Shown piece by piece: positions 19,270 to 29,580 of a stretch of 49,749 nucleotides of DNA (its first letter is position 1; every line of letters begins with the position of its first letter). This stretch comes from Bacilli bacterium (GTDB taxonomy: Bacteria; Bacillota_I; Bacilli_A; RF39; UBA660): contig JAFTRC010000022.1 in assembly GCA_017462455.1 (NCBI GenBank), forward strand, positions 1 through 49,749. Direction: 5' to 3'. Made by a program: the position numbers and the translations under genes. The notes beneath the pieces are model-generated. The model saw only the letters and a program-made list of their open reading frames with translations. It was not told where the DNA came from and ran no database searches.

Positions 19270-20085
19270 CTATACATAATATATAAACTTATCTTGTTTT
19301 TTCTTAAATGCTATAGCTCCTATTAAAAGAGTACCTACACCTATTAAAGCTAATAATCCAAGTGTAGCTATAGATGGACTTTGTCCTGTTAATACTATAC
19401 TTCTTGTTGCAGTTAAAAATTGATATAAAGGATTGAACTTAAATAAACCTTGTAAACTTTCTGGTAATATTTCTATACTATAAAATACTGGAGTCAAATA
19501 ATTCCATATTGTGAGTATTATTCCATAAATATAAAACATATCTCTTAAAAATACTGATATACAAGAAAGTAATAAACCTATACCTATTGTAAACATAAAA
19601 TAGCAAGCAAATATAAATGGTAATATCAAATATGTCCAATTTATAGGACAAGCATACTCACCTAATCCTACATGTGATAATAATATTATTGCAAACCATG
19701 GTATAAGTGTTAATAGAAAGTTAATTCCAACAAATAAACATTTTGCTACTGGAAATATATATTTAGGTATATAAACTTTATTAATTAACGGAAAGTTCAT
19801 TACTACAGAAGACATTGCTAAATTCGATGCTTCACTAAAGTAATTAAACATAACAATACCTGTCATTAAATATACTAAATAGTTAATTCCTTCTACTTTA
19901 AATCTAAACATCTGTGAAAAAACTATTGCCATGACAGTCATCATTAAGATTGGATTTAATATGCTCCAAAGTACTCCTAATACACTTCTTTTGTATTTAA
20001 CTTTAAAATCTCTCGAAATTAATTGGCTCATTAAAAACGAATATTTTTTAAAGTTAGCCAATATATTTTTTAAACTTCTTATCAC
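19270..20085 (-). CDS. wzm: ABC-2 polysaccharide exporter permease (Wzm/TagG type)
   Basis: RDFKVKYKRSVLGVLWSILNP, YLTPVFY, FNP. Likely GTG start at 20085 after AGGAG; promoter TTGTAA-17-TATAAT upstream. Confidence 0.9.
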   Translation of the reverse strand: MIRSLKNILANFKKYSFLMSQLISRDFKVKYKRSVLGVLWSILNPILMMTVMAIVFSQMFRFKVEGINYLVYLMTGIVMFNYFSEASNLAMSSVVMNFPLINKVYIPKYIFPVAKCLFVGINFLLTLIPWFAIILLSHVGLGEYACPINWTYLILPFIFACYFMFTIGIGLLLSCISVFLRDMFYIYGIILTIWNYLTPVFYSIEILPESLQGLFKFNPLYQFLTATRSIVLTGQSPSIATLGLLALIGVGTLLIGAIAFKKKQDKFIYYV

Positions 20086-20149
20086 TACTATCGTCTCCTT
20101 AATCATCTTTATTAATTATATCAAATATGGTAATTCTTTACAAGAAAAT

Positions 20150-21094
20150 TCAAGAAATATGATATATTCTACAATAAAATTTTGTAAAGAATTTATTTTT
20201 TGATATTAATTGTTTAAAAAAGTTCATTTTATTAAAACATTCATTTGATTTATAATTAATAGTATTTTTTTCTATATATTCAAAAGCTTCATCTATAAAT
20301 TTATATCCTAATTTTAAATTTTTTTGATATTTTTGCAACAAACAATAATCTGTTAATTTTAATATAACTAATGAATCTAGACTTTTTTTTATGTATTTCT
20401 TATCTTTAAAATAATATAATAATTCATCAAAAGAAATAAATATATCAAATATTCTTTCATCCATAGTTGTTGTTTCACTATTCGCATGATGAGTAAAAAA
20501 ACACAATGATTCATTAACTTTACCTATTTTATTTGCCTTATCAAACAAAATTGATACTAATTTAAAATCTTCATATTTTATTCCCACAGGAAATTCTAAA
20601 CCATTAAATAATTCTCTTTTAAATAATTTGTTACAAGGGCCTAAATTTATATCAATTGATAAATTAGGAGTATCTTTTAATGTAGTATTGTTAAATTGAA
20701 TTAATTTATCTTCTCTTACAATATTATAATTAATAGAATCAACAGTATTATAATCACAAATTACAACATCTAAATTTTCGTCATGCATTTTTCTATACAT
20801 TTTTTCAAGCATATCTTCTTTTACATAATCATCACTATCTACAAAACAAATTGTTTCTCCGATACTCTTTTCTAAACCATAATTTCTAGCTATTGATATA
20901 CCCCTCTCTTTAGTTTTTAAATATTTAACTCTTTCATCTTTATAAGATTTTATTATAAGTGGGCTATCATCAGTTGAACCATTATCTATAAATAGAAATT
21001 CTGCATCTTTTAAAGTTTGACTTATCAAAGAATCTATACATTTTTTTATATATTTCGAAGAATTATAAACAGGTATTATAACACTTACTTTCAT
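20150..21094 (-). CDS. GT2 family glycosyltransferase
   Basis: VIIPVYN, DNGSTD, ARNYGL, FVDSDD. Confidence 0.92.
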   Translation of the reverse strand: MKVSVIIPVYNSSKYIKKCIDSLISQTLKDAEFLFIDNGSTDDSPLIIKSYKDERVKYLKTKERGISIARNYGLEKSIGETICFVDSDDYVKEDMLEKMYRKMHDENLDVVICDYNTVDSINYNIVREDKLIQFNNTTLKDTPNLSIDINLGPCNKLFKRELFNGLEFPVGIKYEDFKLVSILFDKANKIGKVNESLCFFTHHANSETTTMDERIFDIFISFDELLYYFKDKKYIKKSLDSLVILKLTDYCLLQKYQKNLKLGYKFIDEAFEYIEKNTINYKSNECFNKMNFFKQLISKNKFFTKFYCRIYHIS

Positions 21095-22005
21095 TTTATC
21101 ACCTTTAAATATAAACTTAGATTAAATTTCATCAACATTTTTTTTAATTTTCTAATGAAAGTATCTGTTAATATATTATCAAATACTTTCATTTCTTTTA
21201 GCTTATTTATATAAATCTCATAATCCTTTTTATTTAAAGCTTTTGCTTTCAAAATAACTGAATTAGCTATAAACGATAAATACGTTTTGCTTGCTTTTTT
21301 TGATTCAATTAAATAAGAATAGTGCTCCAATATATCAAATGCTTTCTTACATTCTTTATTATAATTAGAATTGTTCATTATACTATTATCTCTTTGTATA
21401 TAATTATATCCTACATACTCTATTGAAGTAACACTTTGTGATTCAATTATAATTCTAGGTATCAAGCCAAAATCTTCGTGATATAAACCTTCCTTAAAAA
21501 TATAATTATTATTGATATAAAATTTTCTTTTTATAGCATATAAACAAGCAAGTTCTACATACTTATAAGAAGATATTTTATTGAAAGCAGATTCTCCATT
21601 TAAATTTTTAAATGGAGACTCTAAATACGCTTTTTCTTTATCTTCATAAACAATATTTACCTGATACCTAATAAGTTCAGGATCATTTTTCACTTTACTT
21701 AGGTTAAATAATAAGTCCTTATTTAAATAATCATCGCTATCTAAAAATAATATATATTCTCCTTGAGCATTTTTTACGCCAATATTTCTAGCAACGCTTA
21801 ATCCCTTATTTTCTTGTTTTATATATTTTATATTGCCATATTTTTTTAAATAATCTTTTACTATTTTTTCTGAATTATCTTTCGAACCATCATTTACTAA
21901 AATAATTTCATAATCTTTAAGTGTTTGATTAATTACACTATCAATACATTTTTTCAAAAATTTTTCTGTATTATATATTGGAATAATGATACTATATTTT
22001 ATCAC
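21091..22005 (-). CDS. GT2 family glycosyltransferase
   Basis: IIIPIYN, NDGSKD, GLSVARN.G, FLDSDD, HEDFG. Confidence 0.92.
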   Translation of the reverse strand: MIKYSIIIPIYNTEKFLKKCIDSVINQTLKDYEIILVNDGSKDNSEKIVKDYLKKYGNIKYIKQENKGLSVARNIGVKNAQGEYILFLDSDDYLNKDLLFNLSKVKNDPELIRYQVNIVYEDKEKAYLESPFKNLNGESAFNKISSYKYVELACLYAIKRKFYINNNYIFKEGLYHEDFGLIPRIIIESQSVTSIEYVGYNYIQRDNSIMNNSNYNKECKKAFDILEHYSYLIESKKASKTYLSFIANSVILKAKALNKKDYEIYINKLKEMKVFDNILTDTFIRKLKKMLMKFNLSLYLKVIK

Positions 22006-24350
22006 TATATCACCTCATCAAATATTTTTTCTAAATTTCTCATTCTATTTGTATTTAACTTATTAAAATCTAATTTTTCTAATTTTAAATTATCATTAAC
22101 AACAATATCTTTTATTTGTTTTATCATAGTTTTTTCATTTTTTGAAACAATATATCCAAATCTATTTGGTATTGATATTTCATCATCACTAACATCAATT
22201 GTAGTAATTATTTTTTTATTTAGTACTATTGATTCTGGATACACTAAAGGAAAACCTTCATAGTCACTTGTAAGTATAATATAATCAGCTATTTTCATAT
22301 AAGGGTATGGATTTAATTTAAGCCCTAATAATTTAATATTTTTGTTTTTAATTAACTTCTCATATTTTTCTTTTTCTTCCCCGTCACCTATTATAAGAAG
22401 TTCAACATCTTTTAATTCATTAAATACATTTATTAAACGAGATACTTTTTTAGCTTCCTCTTCTAATCTACCAACAAATACAAAAGTTGTTTTATTGCTT
22501 TTAATATAATCTATTTTTTCATTAGATTTTTTTATTATTGCTTTATAATCAACTAAGTTATTTATAACGATACACTTATTTTTTAAATTTTTATAAACAT
22601 TTATAAAATCATCTTTAGCTTCATTAGATACAAATATAATTTTTCTATATTTATTTATTTTTCTACTATTGAAGAAATATTTAAATTCTTCTATATCTTT
22701 ATAAATTTGAGTATAATTACTATGAATAAATAAACTACAATTTTTACTAGCTAATTTAGAAAGTACATTTCCCGGATATGAATAAGTTGCATAACAAATA
22801 CTTGCATCATAAGTCATATAATTATTAAAAACAAACTTTATTCTTTTTAATATATTAGAAATTTTTCTTACTAATATATTTTTATTACAAGAAGTATTAT
22901 ATTCTATTATATTTACACATACAGGAACTTCATTTAATAATTCTCCACTCTTTGTTTCTAACATTAAATCTACATCATATTTATTATAATCAATATTTTT
23001 TAGTAACGTAATTAGTGCTTTTTCAATGCCACCTATTCTTAAATCATTAGCACAAAACAATATTCTTTTTTTATAATTACCATCAAAATATATTTTATAA
23101 GTAGAAGCTATTATTATTGCAGCTATTATACTAACAGATGGGGATGTTAATACATGGCCAGAAAATCCGCTCATTAATATAATCAAAATAAGAGATATCA
23201 AGTAAATTCCTGTATCTTTTATATGCTTATTTTTAAACCATCTCTTTACTATATTAAATAACAATACTATAAATGGAAAGAAATATATAATAAATCCCAT
23301 AATCCCATTCGCATAAAACACATCATAATAATCTATCTCAATTAACTTTTTATTAGTATCCACATTTTCATTTTCTCTAACAAACCCCACACCTATAAAT
23401 TTTTCTATAATATTAGAATTATCATAACTTTGTTTTATATTTTCTAAGAAAGTTATTCTATCGCTATATATAAATCTATCTATATTATTTGTATCTGTTA
23501 AAAGTTCACCAACACTCTCTATACCTAAAAAATTAAGATGTATATTTATATTTTTATAGAAGTTTGTTTTAGGTATAAATATTATACTTACTAAACCAAA
23601 TACAATAATAGCTGATAATAAAATTATTATTCTTTTTATTAAATTTATTTTTGATAAATATTTTAAGAAAAAATATAATAGACTTAAAAGCAAACAAATA
23701 ATTGGAACTTTAGTACCAATAAACAAGCATAAAATTGATACAAAAACAAATAATATTAAACTCATAAATTTGTTTTTCAAGTTAAATATATAATCTAATA
23801 CAAAAGGAATTAAAATTCCTATTATAGCACTTATATCACTAGCTGAATAAAATAAGCCACTACTACCTACTTTTCCTTCTAAATATGAATTAAATCCAAT
23901 TCCAAATATAATAGGAATAACTATTAAAATCACATATATAAAGAATATTTTAACTAAAATATTCTTATCAATAATTTTGTCTTTTTCTTTAAAAAGACAA
24001 AACATAAATACTAAAGTTATTGGAAAATACCAAAACTTAAATAAATTTATTAAATTATAAATTAAATTATTAAAATTAACAGAAAATAAATTATATAGTG
24101 AAAATATAAGTATATAGACAATTACAAACAAAAAATATATTATTGATTTCTTTTTATTTCTAAAAACAAATATCATGGAATAAATAGCAAAAAGCATAAA
24201 TAACATTTTTGTTATAATTCCTATACTAACAGTGCTTAAAAAAGAACGCGTTGTTATAGAAGTTATTAAATCAAAAATAGGTTGCAACAATATAAAGAGT
24301 GTTGTAATTTTAAATACATTTTTATTTATCCAATTATTTATTTTTTCCAT
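22005..24350 (-). CDS. Fusion of O-antigen ligase/polymerase-like membrane domain and GT4 glycosyltransferase
   Basis: Start moved to MEKINNW. Multi-TM N-half (G.FYSASDIS, IGTK, EIDYYD.F...G..G, SGHVL); C-half with GGIEKAL, FVGRL, EGFPLV..E. Confidence 0.75.
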   Translation of the reverse strand: MEKINNWINKNVFKITTLFILLQPIFDLITSITTRSFLSTVSIGIITKMLFMLFAIYSMIFVFRNKKKSIIYFLFVIVYILIFSLYNLFSVNFNNLIYNLINLFKFWYFPITLVFMFCLFKEKDKIIDKNILVKIFFIYVILIVIPIIFGIGFNSYLEGKVGSSGLFYSASDISAIIGILIPFVLDYIFNLKNKFMSLILFVFVSILCLFIGTKVPIICLLLSLLYFFLKYLSKINLIKRIIILLSAIIVFGLVSIIFIPKTNFYKNINIHLNFLGIESVGELLTDTNNIDRFIYSDRITFLENIKQSYDNSNIIEKFIGVGFVRENENVDTNKKLIEIDYYDVFYANGIMGFIIYFFPFIVLLFNIVKRWFKNKHIKDTGIYLISLILIILMSGFSGHVLTSPSVSIIAAIIIASTYKIYFDGNYKKRILFCANDLRIGGIEKALITLLKNIDYNKYDVDLMLETKSGELLNEVPVCVNIIEYNTSCNKNILVRKISNILKRIKFVFNNYMTYDASICYATYSYPGNVLSKLASKNCSLFIHSNYTQIYKDIEEFKYFFNSRKINKYRKIIFVSNEAKDDFINVYKNLKNKCIVINNLVDYKAIIKKSNEKIDYIKSNKTTFVFVGRLEEEAKKVSRLINVFNELKDVELLIIGDGEEKEKYEKLIKNKNIKLLGLKLNPYPYMKIADYIILTSDYEGFPLVYPESIVLNKKIITTIDVSDDEISIPNRFGYIVSKNEKTMIKQIKDIVVNDNLKLEKLDFNKLNTNRMRNLEKIFDEVI

Positions 24351-25395
24351 TCTTTTTTTCACACCTTGCTTTTTTTGAAAATAATATATCTGTTTTAAAT
24401 ACAAATATCATAAGCGCTATCATCAATATTCCATATATAGTGTATCCAATTTGATGATCTACTAATAACCAAATTATTGATGCAGCTGAGAATAAGGCAG
24501 TTATTAAATATATAATTAATACCGTAGTTTTAACACTGCAATTTTTTCTAAGTAATTGATGGTGAAAATGACTCTTATCAGGAGTACCTATACTCTCACC
24601 TTTTAATTTTCTTCTTATTATCGCACAAATAGTATCCAGTATTGGTACTATTAATATACAAAGTGGAATTATAATAGATGAAGTTATAATGCTCTTAAAA
24701 CCTAATAAAGTTATTACAGCTATTATAAATCCTAAAAACATAGATCCAGAATCTCCCATAAATATCTTCGCTGGGTTAAAATTGTGTACTAAGAAACCTA
24801 AAGTAGACCCAAACATAATAAAAGTTAAAATTACTGATAATCCAGTTCTTCCTTGACAATAAGCAATAATTCCTATAGTTAAAAAGAATATTGAACTAAT
24901 TCCTCCTGCAAGGCCATCAAGTCCATCTATTAAATTCAAACAATTTATACATCCTAAAATAAACAAAATTGTTATCGGATAAGCCCATATCCCAAAATTT
25001 ATATATATTCCAAAGAAACTAACATCTTTTAATAGTAATCCACCATAAAATACAACGATTAAAGCAGCTAATATTTGTCCTACTAACTTATGAGATGCTT
25101 TAAGAGGTTTTATATCATCAATTATTCCTGTTATAATTAATACAAAACTACCTATTAATATGGAATTCATAATTGTAGTATGTATCCCAAATATAATATA
25201 TCCAAGTAAAAAACCAGCATATATTCCAAGACCACCTAATCTTGGCATTGGTTTGTTATGAACCTTTCTTTTGTCAGGGATATCTAAAGCCCCTACATGC
25301 TCTGCTATTTTTTTTACAATTGGTATTATTGCAGTAACAAATACAAATGGTATAAAAATCATTAAAAGTATTGTTGTTATGTTTATATCCTTCAT
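24334..25395 (-). CDS. tagO: Undecaprenyl-phosphate GlcNAc-1-phosphate transferase (TagO/WecA)
   Basis: DIPDKRKVH.KPMPRLGG, GIIDD, NLIDGLDGLA, FMGDSGS, HFHH. Confidence 0.93.
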   Translation of the reverse strand: MKDINITTILLMIFIPFVFVTAIIPIVKKIAEHVGALDIPDKRKVHNKPMPRLGGLGIYAGFLLGYIIFGIHTTIMNSILIGSFVLIITGIIDDIKPLKASHKLVGQILAALIVVFYGGLLLKDVSFFGIYINFGIWAYPITILFILGCINCLNLIDGLDGLAGGISSIFFLTIGIIAYCQGRTGLSVILTFIMFGSTLGFLVHNFNPAKIFMGDSGSMFLGFIIAVITLLGFKSIITSSIIIPLCILIVPILDTICAIIRRKLKGESIGTPDKSHFHHQLLRKNCSVKTTVLIIYLITALFSAASIIWLLVDHQIGYTIYGILMIALMIFVFKTDILFSKKARCEKKNGKNK

Positions 25396-25533
25396 TTTAA
25401 TCACCTAGATTAATTATAACATATTTAAGATTATTTAGAAAGTTTTTACTTCTTATTTTGAGTATTTAGTCAATATTTGTCATCAAAACTTTATTTTTTT
25501 ATAAAAATAAGTTATAATTATTATGGTGATGAT

Positions 25534-26160
25534 ATGAAAAACAATAAAATAGATTTGTCAGATATAAAAGATAATGATTTAGATAAAACTTCTTCATTTA
25601 CAGATTTGATGTCAAGAAGTGAAAGAAGAAAAAGAAAAATGGAAAAAGATTCTTTTATAGAAAACAAAGTTAAAACTAACGATAATTTAAATGATATTGA
25701 AGAAATGATTAATGAAAAGAAAAAAAGTACTGCAGATTTAACTAAAGAACTTGAAAAAGCTAAAAAAGAATATAATAAAGATTATATTAATCAAGAAAAA
25801 AATGAAGAAGAAAACTTAGGTAAAACTCAAATATTAGAACTCACAAGACAAATGAAATTCAATTTTGAGGAAACTAAAGAAGAAAATAATATAAAAAAGA
25901 AAAATGGGATATCATTTTTAAATGTTATAGGTATTCTTAATTTATTATGTATAGGTTTTTATATATATTTATTAACATTTACAAATTACCAAGATAATCC
26001 AAATAACTACTTAATTACAGGTGGGATTATAGTTTTATTAGTTTTGTTATTTGGGCTTTCAGTTATATCAGGAAGAAAAGCAAGAAAAGTTTTTAATATT
26101 TTTAATTTTTTAACAATTTTAGCTTTTATTGCCTTTAATGTTTATCTATTATTATATTAA
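25534..26160 (+). CDS. Hypothetical protein with charged N-terminal region and three C-terminal TM helices
   Basis: Start moved to MKNNKID (SD GGTGA); divergent from tagO. Confidence 0.7.
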   Translation: MKNNKIDLSDIKDNDLDKTSSFTDLMSRSERRKRKMEKDSFIENKVKTNDNLNDIEEMINEKKKSTADLTKELEKAKKEYNKDYINQEKNEEENLGKTQILELTRQMKFNFEETKEENNIKKKNGISFLNVIGILNLLCIGFYIYLLTFTNYQDNPNNYLITGGIIVLLVLLFGLSVISGRKARKVFNIFNFLTILAFIAFNVYLLLY

Positions 26161-26188
26161 AAAAGCTTCATTAATTTGAAGCTTTTTT
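26159..26188. terminator. Bidirectional terminator between convergent genes
   Basis: Perfect 12-bp inverted repeat AAAAAAGCTTCA-TTAATT-TGAAGCTTTTTT overlapping the end of the 26171-27406 gene. Confidence 0.75.
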
Positions 26189-27406
26189 ATTGTATTTATT
26201 TACCTCTATAAGCAAGAATAACATAGTTAAGAAACATACACAACTAAGTACAATTACCATTGTTAAATATTTATCTTTTTCTTCTGTTACTTTATCTAAT
26301 AAAGTTGTATCATATCGTTGTATAGAATTTTCTTTTGTATCGTATAAATAATATCCTTCATATCCAGTTGATGTATTTGTTCCATAAACAAGATAATAAT
26401 CATCTATACCTTCAAGTTTATAAGCAGTCACTTCTACATCATTTATTTTTATAGTTGCTTTTTTATATTTATTATCCTTAGTATCATGAATATATAAATT
26501 CATTAAATCAAAATTAAATTCTTTATATTCTGAATATATTCCTGTTTTAGTATCATAAGAAAATAGTTTAACATTTCCTTCTTCATCTTTTAAACCTACT
26601 AAAGTTACTTTTGTAACTTCATTATATATTGCAGGAATTTCAAAATCATTTATTTTTACAGTTGTTTCTTTATATCCTTCCTTAAGTTCAATTAATTCTT
26701 TTTTCTTTACTACTCTATAATTTTTATTATTTAAATTAACTTCTATAGGATCCTTCTCTTCCACACTTGCAGTAATTTTATATGTTCTTTCATTACCATT
26801 TTCAGCAGTAACTACTACTTCTAATGTATTAATTCCTTCACTAACATTAACTTCTCCTGTACCTTTAAGAGATGCTGATGTATCTTCTAAAGAAGCTATT
26901 ATATTTACTAATTCTGTACCAGGTTCTAATTCAACTGTATATTCTAATGTTTCTTTATTAAATTCTGGGGTCAATGTATATCCATCTATACTCAAACCCT
27001 TTAAGTAATTATTTTTACTATAAACTGGATTTACATTTATTGACGGAGTTGATGTTTTCTTCACAACATTAATTGTAGTAGAACGACTACTCGTATATTC
27101 ATTTCCCTCAGCATCAGATACATCTGCAGCTGTAATAGTAATAGTAGCTGTACCTGTTGATTTAGCAGTAAAATACATTGTTATTGTCTCATCCTCTAAC
27201 CATTTAGAATCTGAACCAGCAAGTATACTTTCATCTGAAGAAGTAATATTAAATTTTCCTATAAGTCCTTTTGCATCTATCGTAACTGCTACATTTGAAT
27301 TTACATATACAGAATTAGATGCATTAATACTAAATGCATTTATCCTAGTCATACAAGTAAATGTAAATAATATAAGTGTTATTAATAAATATTTTATTCT
27401 TTTCAT
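26171..27406 (-). CDS. Surface protein: signal peptide, cohesin-like beta domain, cadherin-like beta-sandwich, C-terminal TM anchor
   Basis: NNYLKGLSIDG..LTPEFNKETLEYTV...VVVTAENG..RTY.I cadherin-like motif; FTAKSTGTATITITAADVSD resembles a cohesin C-terminus (lower confidence). Confidence 0.7.
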   Translation of the reverse strand: MKRIKYLLITLILFTFTCMTRINAFSINASNSVYVNSNVAVTIDAKGLIGKFNITSSDESILAGSDSKWLEDETITMYFTAKSTGTATITITAADVSDAEGNEYTSSRSTTINVVKKTSTPSINVNPVYSKNNYLKGLSIDGYTLTPEFNKETLEYTVELEPGTELVNIIASLEDTSASLKGTGEVNVSEGINTLEVVVTAENGNERTYKITASVEEKDPIEVNLNNKNYRVVKKKELIELKEGYKETTVKINDFEIPAIYNEVTKVTLVGLKDEEGNVKLFSYDTKTGIYSEYKEFNFDLMNLYIHDTKDNKYKKATIKINDVEVTAYKLEGIDDYYLVYGTNTSTGYEGYYLYDTKENSIQRYDTTLLDKVTEEKDKYLTMVIVLSCVCFLTMLFLLIEVNKYNKKASN

Positions 27407-27418
27407 ATTGTACCCTTT

Positions 27419-29488
27419 CTATTGTGAAACAGTTCCAGTTCCCATTATATGATTTTTTATTTTTACATAATCTACTGCTTTTATTTTTCCATTTTTATCT
27501 ACATCAGCAGCTTCTTTATATACACCAGACAATGTTGCAGTTTCCATTATGTGATTTTTTATTTTTACATAATCTACTGCTTTTATTTTTCCATCACCAT
27601 TTACATCACCATATATTACTATTTCATATGTTCTTATTTCTTCTCCAACAGTAATAATAACCTTATCTCCAGTTGATACTATACCACTATTTTTTTCTTT
27701 ATCACTACTATTTTTAAGTTCTACTTTAGCAGTACTATTAGCGCTTAATATTTTTTCTTTTATAATACTAATATCACTATCAACAGCTAAACCTGTAATA
27801 TATTTATCTCCATTTTTTATACCTGCGTTATTTAAAGTTGTTACTACATCAATTGGCTCTTCTGTTTTTTCTCCTGTAAGTGTTATTTTTATTTTATATT
27901 TTTTTACAGTTCCATTTTCAGCTGTTACCTTTATAGTCTTAGTTGTATTTTTAGTTATTTTAAATGTTCCAGTACCACTTACTTTTGCTGTACTACTTAT
28001 AGGGGTTGCCGATATTTTTAGTGTAGGATTATTTACATCCAAATTATAGTTATATGTTGTTGTTTCACCATCAAAACCTGAAATTTTATTACCATTTAAT
28101 GTAATACTTGACAAATAGTTATTAGGCCATCCACCTGTTGTTGGAAGCTTAGTTTCATCGGGCATATCATCATAAACTGGAATATAAAATGTATAACTCA
28201 AGTCTAACATACTATTAGCATAATATGATCTATATGTAGTTGTTGCTTCACTAGATGGTGCCTTTATATTTTGCATATATTGGTGCTCATAATTAGCATA
28301 TTCAGGAGTTTTTTTATTAGCAATCAAGTAATTATATACAACATTATATTTCTTGAAATAGCTTGTATCCTGACCTGCGGATAAATACATATCATAAATC
28401 CATTTAGCTCCTCCTACTATAGCATTGTATTCAGAATTCCATGGTCTTAAAGTTGATTCATCAGTATTAGCTGCAAAATCTAATCCTCTATAAACAGGAT
28501 CAGCTCCTCCACTAGCACCTATGTTATAAAAATTATACATTTTGTTATATGTTCCTGATATTGCAGTTCCAGCAGTAGAACCATTACCTACCTCTTCTTT
28601 AGAAAGAGATGCTAAATAAATTGGATTAACACCACTTAATTCTGCAGCTTCTAAAAAATAATCAGTAAACTTTAATAAATAATCGCCCTCAAATATTGTA
28701 TTTATGCTATTTTTTAATTTAGTTTTATCTACATTAGAATTATAAGATAATGTTTCAAATTGAAATATATACATATCTGATAAGAAATTTCTAGGATCTA
28801 AATAATAAGCAATAGTATCATAATTAGCTAAGTACCAAGGGTCTGAATCTGTTGTGTCATCATAGGCTATGTATGTATCATTTTTATAATCAAATGAACT
28901 TTCACCATAATCTAAATATGCGTAATTATTAGACATACTTCTTCTAAGTAAGCTTTTAGCACCATATGTTTGATTTGTTACTACATCACTAAATTTTAAT
29001 TCTGTATCTACAGCTATAAAATTCCAATTAGGATGTGCCTCTTTTAATAAAGCTAAATCAGCCCAATAACTTTCTGGGAAACCAGCATCTTTAAATTCTT
29101 GTTTTAATTCATCAGATACTTCAATTTCACTTCTTAAGTTTGCATTACAATAATATCCATAATATGTCGTTGACTTACTAGCAAAGAAAAAACTTGTCCA
29201 TACATAATAATCACTACAAACTGATTTATCATTAGATTCTATATTAGCATGTTTTCCATCTTCTAATACAGTAACTTCATCACCTGTATCAAGCCAAACA
29301 ACACCAGGAACATACCAAGATAAATCTTGATTATAATAACAATATCCTGTAGATCCACCATATTTGTTACAACTGGCACCACTAGGATTAAATACAGTAG
29401 CAGTATATTTTGCACTTACATTATTTATAAATAAAAATGATGATACAAAGAAAATGAATATAAATAAACATTTATAAATATTTTTCAT
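27419..29488 (-). CDS. Secreted beta-N-acetylglucosaminidase (GH73/LytD-like autolysin) with cadherin-like domain and C-terminal dockerin
   Basis: YYLDPRNFL, VNPIYLASLSKEE, YNFYNIGA, HQYMQNI; NNYLSSITLNG...TAENG; paired GDVNGDGKIKAVDY / ADVDKNGKIKAVDY. Confidence 0.85.
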   Translation of the reverse strand: MKNIYKCLFIFIFFVSSFLFINNVSAKYTATVFNPSGASCNKYGGSTGYCYYNQDLSWYVPGVVWLDTGDEVTVLEDGKHANIESNDKSVCSDYYVWTSFFFASKSTTYYGYYCNANLRSEIEVSDELKQEFKDAGFPESYWADLALLKEAHPNWNFIAVDTELKFSDVVTNQTYGAKSLLRRSMSNNYAYLDYGESSFDYKNDTYIAYDDTTDSDPWYLANYDTIAYYLDPRNFLSDMYIFQFETLSYNSNVDKTKLKNSINTIFEGDYLLKFTDYFLEAAELSGVNPIYLASLSKEEVGNGSTAGTAISGTYNKMYNFYNIGASGGADPVYRGLDFAANTDESTLRPWNSEYNAIVGGAKWIYDMYLSAGQDTSYFKKYNVVYNYLIANKKTPEYANYEHQYMQNIKAPSSEATTTYRSYYANSMLDLSYTFYIPVYDDMPDETKLPTTGGWPNNYLSSITLNGNKISGFDGETTTYNYNLDVNNPTLKISATPISSTAKVSGTGTFKITKNTTKTIKVTAENGTVKKYKIKITLTGEKTEEPIDVVTTLNNAGIKNGDKYITGLAVDSDISIIKEKILSANSTAKVELKNSSDKEKNSGIVSTGDKVIITVGEEIRTYEIVIYGDVNGDGKIKAVDYVKIKNHIMETATLSGVYKEAADVDKNGKIKAVDYVKIKNHIMGTGTVSQ
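27442..27594. repeat. Intragenic 51-bp direct repeat (50/51 identical) encoding the two dockerin segments
   Basis: 27442-27492 and 27544-27594, offset 102 bp. Confidence 0.9.
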
Positions 29489-29521
29489 TGTACCACCTCT
29501 ACCTTCATATTACATTATACC

Positions 29522-29546
29522 AAAAAAGGGCGAACTTGTACACCCC
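29522..29546 (-). terminator. Intrinsic terminator downstream of the rsmD-tagD unit
   Basis: GGGGTG-TACAAGTT-CGCCCT then TTTTT; followed by TG-G-TATAAT. Confidence 0.6.
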
Positions 29547-29580
29547 ACTAAACATATTTCCAAAACTTTACATTTCATAA

